Below, one piece after another: positions 6,422-12,465 of a stretch of 12,465 nucleotides of DNA. The stretch covers positions 1 through 12,465 of the forward strand of contig CAXTKV010000161.1 of the NCBI GenBank assembly GCA_964244895.1, written 5' to 3'. The DNA comes from an uncultured Deinococcales bacterium (GTDB lineage Bacteria; Deinococcota; Deinococci; Deinococcales; JAAFIG01). Position numbers and translations under genes: made by a program. How positions within the stretch are numbered: the stretch's first letter is position 1; each line of letters opens with the position of its first letter. A model generated the notes under the pieces. That model had not been told where the DNA came from and searched no databases. It saw only the letters and a program-made list of their open reading frames with translations.

Positions 6422-6449
6422 CCGCTCACCCGCCTCTCGAGCGAGAGAA

Positions 6450-6493
6450 CACCGTCCTGGACGCGGTACTCGAACACTGCGTCCAGGACGGTG
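6450..6493. repeat. REP-like palindrome copy A
   Basis: Perfect 15-bp arms CACCGTCCTGGACGC (6450-6464) and GCGTCCAGGACGGTG (6479-6493), between the two permease genes. Confidence 0.75.
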
Positions 6494-6504
6494 GTCTCGC
6501 CCTT

Positions 6505-6539
6505 ACCCGCGACCCGTGACCCCTGACCCGTGACCACTC
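6505..6539 (+). repeat. Short heptamer tandem repeat (about 5 x ACCCGTG)
   Basis: acccgcg acccgtg acccctg acccgtg accactc, directly after the stop codon of the upstream permease. Confidence 0.7.
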
Positions 6540-7467
6540 AGTACTCCACCCTTCGCCTCGAGAACCGCAACTGAACGACCGTGATCACCAGAATGATCGC
6601 GAACAACAGCACCGTGATCGCGGCGGCGTAACCCATGCGCGATTCCACAAAACCCTGGCGGTAGATGTACAGCGCGACCGTCAGGGTGCTGTCCAACGGC
6701 CCGCCCTGATCGGAAGGCGTCAGGTTCACGACCTGCGCGAACAGTTGCAGGAAGCCGTTCGTGGCGATCACCAGGCTGAATACGATGGTCGCGTTCAACA
6801 GCGGTACGGTCACGAAGCGGAATTTCTGCCACGGGTTCGCGCCGTCCAGTTCGGCGGCCTCGTAGTACATGCGAGGCACGCCCTCCAATCCCGCCAGGAA
6901 GATCACGATCTGAAACCCGAGCTGCTGCCAGATCACCAGCGCCGCCGCCGAGACGAGCGCCTGATCCGGCGAGGCCAGGAACGGCTGGGCGGGCAGGTGC
7001 AAGAATTCCAGCAACTGGTTGACCGGGCCGATGTTCTTGTTCAGCAACCACTGCCAGACCCAGGCGCTGGCCACGATCGGCGTGACGAAGGGCGCGAAGT
7101 AAATCGCGCGGAACGCGCCCCTGGCCTTGTTGACCGATTGCAGCAGCATGGCCACGCCCAACCCGAGCGCGAGCTGCGCGGGCACGCCGATCAGCGCGTA
7201 CAAAAGCGTGTTCGTGAGCGCCCGCCCGAGGGTCGCGTCGGATGCCATGTCGCGGAAATTTTCAATCCCCACGAACGGGCTGGGCGTCAGCGGCGAACGG
7301 TAATCGAGCAGGCTCAATCGCAAACTTTCCAGCGCAGGGTACAGGCGCACCACCAGAAAAAACGCCAGCGGCACGATTAAGAAAATGTACGCCCAGAGCG
7401 CCTGGCGTTGCGCCAGCGTCAAGCCTTTGCGCCCGGTTGGGGACGCGTTCGCTCGGGTCGTGGCCAT
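6538..7467 (-). CDS. Carbohydrate ABC transporter permease (MalF/UgpA-like), about 309 aa
   Basis: FVGIENF, FRAIYFAPFVTP, IFLAGLEGVPRMYYEAAELDGANPWQKFRFVTVPLL (EAA loop) and MGYAAA. ATG 7467 (MATTRA) is preferred over 7557 because TAAACT lies 5 nt upstream and the extra 30 codons look non-conserved. Confidence 0.95.
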   Translation of the reverse strand: MATTRANASPTGRKGLTLAQRQALWAYIFLIVPLAFFLVVRLYPALESLRLSLLDYRSPLTPSPFVGIENFRDMASDATLGRALTNTLLYALIGVPAQLALGLGVAMLLQSVNKARGAFRAIYFAPFVTPIVASAWVWQWLLNKNIGPVNQLLEFLHLPAQPFLASPDQALVSAAALVIWQQLGFQIVIFLAGLEGVPRMYYEAAELDGANPWQKFRFVTVPLLNATIVFSLVIATNGFLQLFAQVVNLTPSDQGGPLDSTLTVALYIYRQGFVESRMGYAAAITVLLFAIILVITVVQLRFSRRRVEY

Positions 7468-7472
7468 GCGAA

Positions 7473-7478
7473 AGTTTA
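7473..7478 (-). promoter_or_regulatory. -10 box TAAACT of a probable leaderless promoter
   Basis: The minus strand reads TAAACT-ttcgc-ATG with no SD sequence. Confidence 0.5.
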
Positions 7479-7591
7479 ACCCCGAACCGAAGTTGTACAC
7501 ACCGAACCGAGCGGACTCGAGCGCCAGACCTCGCTCGTCTTTGGGGTGAAGCTCCAAAGAAGCCCGAGCCGATCTCGTTATGAAGGGGGAA

Positions 7592-7650
7592 ACCGTTCAG
7601 GACTCATTTTCTCGAGCATCCGATGTTGCGTCCTGGACGGTCTTCTCGAG
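7592..7650. repeat. REP-like palindrome copy B
   Basis: Arms ACCGTTCAGGACTC (7592-7605) and GCGTCCTGGACGGT (7628-7641) with 2 mismatches, followed by CTTCTCGAG. The loop resembles that of copy C. Confidence 0.65.
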
Positions 7651-7921
7651 CGTCGAGGGCTTCGCGCCCTGAGCTTCAACCGACGCCGATCTGAACGGTT
7701 TGCGCGAAGGACGAGCCGTGCGCCCGACCGAGGATCGTCGAGCAAAATGCGATCCGAGAACAGCGGATCTGTCTGCAACGACAAAAATGTTTGGTAGCGC
7801 ACGTGAAGAAAGCCGAGGGAATCCATAATTTTTTGACATCGAAGGCTCGAGCGAGCACCTGAAAAGCGCCCGTCCACATCGAGATACCGCAACTCCTTCG
7901 AGGAATTCATCAGGGGGCGAC

Positions 7922-8866
7922 ATGAAAAAGGCTTTGATTCTGACGGCGGCATTCTTTCTTTCGGCCTGCAATACCACGCCAGTGACGGGTTCAGACGCGG
8001 TTCTGGCGGTGCAAAGTGCTCCCGGTCATACCGGGGTTGGACCATCCGGTTGGATCATGGCGGGCGCTGGTGATTTTGATGGCGATGGCAAAACCGATGA
8101 TCTGGTCTGGCGGAACTACAAATCCGGGCAAAACGTCGTCTGGTTGATGGAAGGCTCGAGCATCGTCGGTTCAGGCTGGCTGCCCAGTGCGACGCTGGAT
8201 TGGGTGATCGGGGCGGTGGGCGACATGGACGGCGATGGTCGCCGCGATGACATCGTCTGGCGCAACCGCAGCAATTTCTCAAACGCGATCTGGTTCATGG
8301 ACGGCTACACCATCACCAGTGCGACAGGCTTCACCGACGGCTCCACGCTCGGTCACTTCAACAACGGTGTGCGCGACGACCCCGAAGGGCCAGGCTGGGA
8401 AATCAAAGGGGCGGGCGATTTCAACGGCGATGGTTACGGCGATGTGCTTTGGCGTCACGGCCCACACGGCGAAAACGCCATCTGGTACATGAGGGGCGCC
8501 ACCTTCTTAGGGGCAGCCGCGTTGCCACGAACCACTGATCCACAATGGGACATCGTGGGCGTGGGAGACATGAACGGTGACGGTCAAAGCGATATCGTCT
8601 GGCAGCACTGGCCCCAGCCCATCCCTGGAACCCCAAAAATAGATCGGGTCAACAGCATCTGGTTCATGAATGGTTCCTCGGTGACGAGCTACAGCCTCGC
8701 CGCGTCCGCAGGAGATCCGGGCTGGGTCATTCAGACGATCGGGGAAAACAATGGCGATGGCAAAGGGGACATGTACTGGCGCTATGACCCAACGGGCGAT
8801 TGCGTGTACTGGAACATGAACGGCACGACACCCATAAGCGGCGCGTACTTTGCTACAGTTTTCTGA
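7922..8866 (+). CDS. Lipoprotein with FG-GAP/VCBS-like repeats (probable Ca-binding beta-propeller), 314 aa
   Basis: Signal peptide and lipobox MKKALILTAAFFLSA-C. Five repeats of W-x-I-x-G-x-G-D-F/M-D/N-G-D-G-x-x-D-I/L-V-W-R followed by N-x-I/V-W-x-M-x-G. A G-rich RBS (CAGGGGG) precedes the start. Confidence 0.9.
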   Translation: MKKALILTAAFFLSACNTTPVTGSDAVLAVQSAPGHTGVGPSGWIMAGAGDFDGDGKTDDLVWRNYKSGQNVVWLMEGSSIVGSGWLPSATLDWVIGAVGDMDGDGRRDDIVWRNRSNFSNAIWFMDGYTITSATGFTDGSTLGHFNNGVRDDPEGPGWEIKGAGDFNGDGYGDVLWRHGPHGENAIWYMRGATFLGAAALPRTTDPQWDIVGVGDMNGDGQSDIVWQHWPQPIPGTPKIDRVNSIWFMNGSSVTSYSLAASAGDPGWVIQTIGENNGDGKGDMYWRYDPTGDCVYWNMNGTTPISGAYFATVF

Positions 8867-8919
8867 GCTTCAGATCGAAACGCGTTTCGAGTCGGGCAAT
8901 CCCTGCGGGCGACCTTTGA

Positions 8920-8983
8920 AGAAGACCGTCCGGGACGCGTTTTTTCGAGCATCAAACGGGGCGTCCCGGACGGTCTTCTCGAG
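8920..8983. repeat. REP-like palindrome copy C
   Basis: Perfect 19-bp arms AGAAGACCGTCCGGGACGC (8920-8938) and GCGTCCCGGACGGTCTTCT (8961-8979), ending in CTCGAG. Confidence 0.75.
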
Positions 8984-9030
8984 GCCGGCCTCTGGAGCGC
9001 AGACGCGCAGAACAGCTTTCTCGAGATGCG

Positions 9031-9057
9031 AAAAGGGCGACCACTGGGTCGCCCTTT
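9031..9057. terminator. Probable intrinsic terminator between convergent genes
   Basis: AAAGGGCGACC-actg-GGTCGCCCTTT hairpin with short A/T tails, about 15 bp past the stop of the solute-binding protein gene. Confidence 0.75.
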
Positions 9058-9072
9058 GATTCAAGCTGAAGA

Positions 9073-10347
9073 TCAATTGCGCTTGAAGTAATCGCTCACG
9101 AACTTTTGCTCGCCCGCCACGGCATCCGCCAGGGCTTTGGCCGGATCGGTCTTGGTCAACCAGACGCTGTACATCGCGTCCGTCAGGGCCTTGCGCTGGC
9201 CAGCCTCGTTGACGAAAAAAGTAGCGTGCGCGAACGGCAAGCTCGAGAAGAACGGGCCGTAAATGGGATCGTTGCGCAGCTTCGCATCGCGCGAGAGCTT
9301 CGTGTTGGCCGGAATCTCGCCGACTTTCTCGAGCCAGCGGCGCTGCACGGGTTCAGAGGTCAGGAACTTCAACCAGGCCACGCTCGCGGCCAATTTCGGG
9401 CCGGTGGCGTTCTTGGTCAGGCCGTGAACCCAGTACGAACCGAAGTTCGCCTTCAGGCCGCCCGAAGTTTTGGTGGGCAACTCGAAGGTGCCCCAATCGA
9501 ACTTGGCGGCGCTGCGAATTGAGCCGATCGCGAAGCTGCCGTCCACGATCATGCCCGCCTTGCCCGCGATGAACGCGTCGCGGTACTCGTTGCCGGACGC
9601 GGGCACCAGATCCTTGCCCTGCGTGGCCGCGCCGCGCTCGATCAGGCCCGTGTACCACTTGAAGGCCTCGAGCCCGGCGGGGCTGTTGTAGGCCATGGTC
9701 TTGAAGTCCGTCGTGTAAGGCTTTCCGCCCCACTGGCGCACCAGCACCTCGCGGAAAAGCTGGTGATCCTGGCCCTCGGGCTGGATCGCCCAACCGGCGG
9801 TCACGACCTTGCCGTTGTCCACCTTCTGAATCTTCTTGGCGATGGCCTCGAGTTCATCCCAGGTTTTGGGCAGTTTGGTGACGCCCGCCGCCTTGAACAA
9901 GTCCTTGTTGTAAAAAATCGCCAGGGCGCGCACGGCGGTCGGCACCGCCCAGTATTTGCCGTCCACCTTGGAAGCCTTGATCAGCGGCCCGACGCTCTCC
10001 TCGAGATCCTTGGGCGCGAACGCGTCCGTCGGTAGGGGCTGCAAATACCCGCCCCCGGCGAAATCTGGAACCCAGCCGTAGAACATGTTCAGCACGTCCG
10101 GGCCTTGCCCCGCGCCGACGGCGCTCTTGGCTTTGGCGATGAAATCGTTGTACGGGAAGTTCTCTTGCTTGACTTCAATGTTGGGGTTGGCGGCGTTGAA
10201 TTCCTTGATCAGGTCGTTCACCAAACTGACCTTGGAATCGAACTGGTACTGCCAGTAAGTGATCTGCACCTTCTGGTTTTGCGCCATCGCGCCCAGCGTG
10301 ACTGTGGCGGCGAGCGCGGCGGTAGCGATCAGGTAGCGCTTTTTCAT
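9073..10347 (-). CDS. Sugar ABC transporter extracellular solute-binding protein (family 1), about 424 aa
   Basis: Signal peptide MKKRYLIATAALAATVTLGAMA preceded by an AGAGGA RBS (start 10347, not 10485). Motifs FNAANPNIEV, GQGPDV, DGKYWAVP, IFYNKDLF...PKTWDEL and FIAGKAGMIVDGSF. Confidence 0.95.
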   Translation of the reverse strand: MKKRYLIATAALAATVTLGAMAQNQKVQITYWQYQFDSKVSLVNDLIKEFNAANPNIEVKQENFPYNDFIAKAKSAVGAGQGPDVLNMFYGWVPDFAGGGYLQPLPTDAFAPKDLEESVGPLIKASKVDGKYWAVPTAVRALAIFYNKDLFKAAGVTKLPKTWDELEAIAKKIQKVDNGKVVTAGWAIQPEGQDHQLFREVLVRQWGGKPYTTDFKTMAYNSPAGLEAFKWYTGLIERGAATQGKDLVPASGNEYRDAFIAGKAGMIVDGSFAIGSIRSAAKFDWGTFELPTKTSGGLKANFGSYWVHGLTKNATGPKLAASVAWLKFLTSEPVQRRWLEKVGEIPANTKLSRDAKLRNDPIYGPFFSSLPFAHATFFVNEAGQRKALTDAMYSVWLTKTDPAKALADAVAGEQKFVSDYFKRN

Positions 10348-10569
10348 GCGTTCCTCTTTCTGTGAGCGGTGCTGGACATCCGGGCCGACGGCGCAGTCTA
10401 ACAAGCAATGAGAATCTGCTCGAGTTGCCTGGATCGCTTTTGAATCGCGTTGCGGTGATCTTTGGAGCATCCCGACGCGCCGCAATCAGGGATGTTTCCT
10501 CGAGCTTGGCTGGAGGATCATTGCGTCTGCGAGGGCATCAAATGTCTCAATCTCGAGAAACACCGTCAT

Positions 10570-10639
10570 CTCGAGGAAAACCGTCTGGGACGCATTTCTT
10601 CGAGATTCAGATTTCGCGCGCTGGACGGTATCTCTCGAG
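10570..10639. repeat. REP-like palindrome copy D (degenerate)
   Basis: CTCGAGgaaaACCGTCTGGGACGC ... GCGCGCTGGACGGTatctCTCGAG, immediately after the stop of the kinase gene. Confidence 0.6.
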
Positions 10640-10643
10640 GCCG

Positions 10644-12101
10644 TCAGTTCTGCGCCGTCTTCTGCGTCTCCACCCGCGACCCCAGAACGCGGTTGGCGAT
10701 GACTTCAATCGCGCCCTCGGCGGCCCGATCCAGGCTCTCGCCGTCGATGATCGGCACGCCGACGGTCTTGGCCATCTGCTCGACGTAATTTTGCAACTCG
10801 CGAATGGACGCGAAATGATCCAGGTAGCGCTTCATCGGGCGGTGCTGGCTGGTTTCGGCATCGCGCAAGTAAAAGCGCTTGCGGTGCTCTTCCTCGTTGC
10901 GCACCATCACCACCATCGGCACGACGATGGCGTCTTTGAAGGCCTCTATGGGCAAGAATCCGGGCACGATGTGGACGCCTTCGAGCACCATCGACGTGTG
11001 TTCGTCGCTGCCGCGCTCGATGATCGCGCGCAACCCGACGCTGACCTGCTGCACCTGATCGCGGAAGCCGTCGAGGAGTTGATCGGGCGTGGGCTTGATG
11101 TCCGTGCCCTTGAGTTGCGCCAGCTCGTGCGGGTGCAGGGTCGTCATCCACGCATCGAAGCTCGAGGCGTGCAGGGTCGGGATCAGATCCTTGCTGACCA
11201 TCGCGCGCATGACCTGACGCACGCTGTCGGTCGATTCAATTCGGGTGATGCCCAGCCGGTACGCGACCTCTGCGGCCAGCACGCTTTTGCCCGTGCCAGT
11301 CACGCCGCCGATCAGGATGTGCAAGGGCTTGTCCGGGCGACGCACGCTGCGCAGCAGTTCATAGCGTCGCGCCACGTCCTCGCCGAACTCGAGGTGCAGG
11401 ATCGCGTTGACCTTCTCGCGCAAGCTCTCGCGCGGGATGAACGGTTCGGCGTCCGCGAAGAGCTTCATCTCGACCTCGCGCGCCACGCGGTGCGCATCGT
11501 TCGGCGAGAGTCCTGTGGCCATCAAAGATTGCGCCAGGATGCCCTTCGAGTACGGGAACGAAACCCCGTTGTCCTCCAGCACGTTGACCTGCGCCGCGCG
11601 GCGGTAGCGCTCCAGGTACGCGTCCTTGGCCTCGCGCCCGAAACGCCGTTCGACCTCGGCCAGCACGCGCTGTTCCAGGCCGCCGCGTTCAATTCTGGTG
11701 ATGCCCTGAATCCGCAAGGTGCGCTCGATGTCCTTTGAGAGTTCGTAGGCGTCACGGATCGGCAAGCCCGCCAGTTCGAGCGACCTTGAGAGGATGCCCT
11801 TCGAGAACGGAATCCGCGCGTCCCCATCGATCACCACGACATCCTCGAAGGCTGGCGTCTGCGCCTCGAGCCGATCCGCGACCGCATCGCCCAGCACCGT
11901 GCGGGTCTCTTGGGCCACGAAGATCTTGAGCGTGCCCGGATCGACCACGCGGCGGTTCTCGTCGAGCAGACGCTGTTCCACGCGGCGCGCAATGGCGATG
12001 GCGGGCTCTCGTTCGATGTCTGCGTTCAGCAAGGATTCCACGACCAGACCCTTCGAAAAGGGCCAGGCGTGATCACCGCTGGCGACGGAAATTTCCCGCA
12101 T
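10644..12101 (-). CDS. ATP-cone-repeat / 2-phosphoglycerate-kinase-like P-loop protein, about 485 aa
   Basis: Three N-terminal ATP-cone-like repeats (PFSKGLVVESL, PFSKGILSRSL, PYSKGILAQSL), Walker A ILIGGVTGTGKS, and STDSVRQVMR, LHASSF and LEGVHIVPG typical of the 2-PGK family. ATG 12101 was chosen because TAGACT lies 6 nt upstream; GTG 12107 is the alternative. Confidence 0.88.
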   Translation of the reverse strand: MREISVASGDHAWPFSKGLVVESLLNADIEREPAIAIARRVEQRLLDENRRVVDPGTLKIFVAQETRTVLGDAVADRLEAQTPAFEDVVVIDGDARIPFSKGILSRSLELAGLPIRDAYELSKDIERTLRIQGITRIERGGLEQRVLAEVERRFGREAKDAYLERYRRAAQVNVLEDNGVSFPYSKGILAQSLMATGLSPNDAHRVAREVEMKLFADAEPFIPRESLREKVNAILHLEFGEDVARRYELLRSVRRPDKPLHILIGGVTGTGKSVLAAEVAYRLGITRIESTDSVRQVMRAMVSKDLIPTLHASSFDAWMTTLHPHELAQLKGTDIKPTPDQLLDGFRDQVQQVSVGLRAIIERGSDEHTSMVLEGVHIVPGFLPIEAFKDAIVVPMVVMVRNEEEHRKRFYLRDAETSQHRPMKRYLDHFASIRELQNYVEQMAKTVGVPIIDGESLDRAAEGAIEVIANRVLGSRVETQKTAQN

Positions 12102-12107
12102 GCGCAC

Positions 12108-12113
12108 AGTCTA
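12108..12113 (-). promoter_or_regulatory. -10 box TAGACT of a probable leaderless promoter
   Basis: The minus strand reads TAGACT-gtgcgc-ATG with no SD sequence. Confidence 0.6.
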
Positions 12114-12224
12114 GCGCTACCGTCATGTTTGCAACGGGCTTTTACGACGTTTGGTCAGGCGCAGATTCTCGAGATTCGCCCGGCAGAGGCTTCCTGGCTG
12201 GGTCAATCGGAGGGTTGAACAGGC

Positions 12225-12251
12225 AATAAAAAACGCGCCTTGCTCAGGCGC
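12225..12251 (-). terminator. Intrinsic terminator-like hairpin
   Basis: The minus strand reads GCGCCT-gagca-AGGCGC-G-TTTTTTATT. Confidence 0.6.
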
Positions 12252-12261
12252 TGATAGATAA

Positions 12262-12290
12262 AGAGTAGCACCGTATGCGCTATTCGTCAA
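12262..12290 (-). promoter_or_regulatory. Sigma70-type promoter, leftward
   Basis: The minus strand reads TTGACG (12290-12285) - 17 nt - TACTCT (12267-12262). Confidence 0.55.
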
Positions 12291-12334
12291 GCGTATTCGT
12301 TTGAGACGCGGACGAAAGTCTGCATACTCAGTCC

Positions 12335-12465
12335 ATGACGCGTTTTTTCGACCCCCAATCGGCCCTTGAGTCCTTCACTTCTGACTACCGCGATCTCTTT
12401 CATGACCAGCGGTTGTTCAAGGGCTTTCAAGCCACCATCACTGGCATCCTCGCCAGTGGAACAAC
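12335..12465 (+). CDS. 5' part of an ORF running off the window; possibly a DDE (IS4/IS701-like) transposase
   Basis: Open frame MTRFFDPQSALESFTSDYRDLFHDQRLFKGFQATITGILASGT, preceded by TTGAGA-16-CATACT-6-ATG. The transposase call rests only on a remembered resemblance of LFxDxRL...GIL to IS4-superfamily N-termini. Confidence 0.45.
   Translation, partial: MTRFFDPQSALESFTSDYRDLFHDQRLFKGFQATITGILASGT

Noticed and set aside
7578..8045. Minus-strand ORFs 7578-8045 and 7597-7977
   Set aside because: They overlap the lipoprotein start and a REP-like palindrome, have low-complexity R/S-rich translations and no recognisable domain.
6450..10640. Palindrome copies as a second CRISPR array or as tRNA/ncRNA genes
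   Set aside because: They are dispersed singly in intergenic gaps without regular spacers, and no cloverleaf or known RNA motif was seen.
10362..11738. 458-aa plus-strand ORF, and similar antisense or alternate-frame ORFs (701-1633, 1243-1851, 6745-7380, 3820-4353)
   Set aside because: They are shadows of well-supported genes in GC-rich DNA, with no family motifs.

Overview
The left 5.55 kb (1-5550) looks like the distal part of a Tn7-like transposon carrying a nuclease-free type I-C CRISPR-Cas module, i.e. a candidate type I-C CRISPR-associated transposon (CAST). It contains a translationally coupled operon tniQ - cas5c/cas8c (fused in one ORF) - cas7c, with no cas3, cas6 or cas1/2/4 in the window. 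A 3-spacer mini-array of 37-bp repeats follows. About 170 bp further on sits a separate atypical repeat with a compensatory hairpin; its spacer partly matches the 3' end of the neighbouring host sugar-ABC permease gene, directly beside a TTC PAM. The element ends in five TnsB-site-like repeats and a terminal ...ACA at 5550, which is 19 bp past the permease stop codon and 67 bp from the PAM. The right 6.9 kb is host chromosome, probably Deinococcota (inferred from leaderless-type promoters and gene content). It holds two carbohydrate ABC permeases, an oppositely oriented FG-GAP-repeat lipoprotein, a sugar-binding protein, an ATP-cone/2-phosphoglycerate-kinase-like gene, a REP-like palindrome family and the start of a possible transposase. 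tnsA/B/C and the other transposon end are outside the window, so transposition competence is inferred, not shown.
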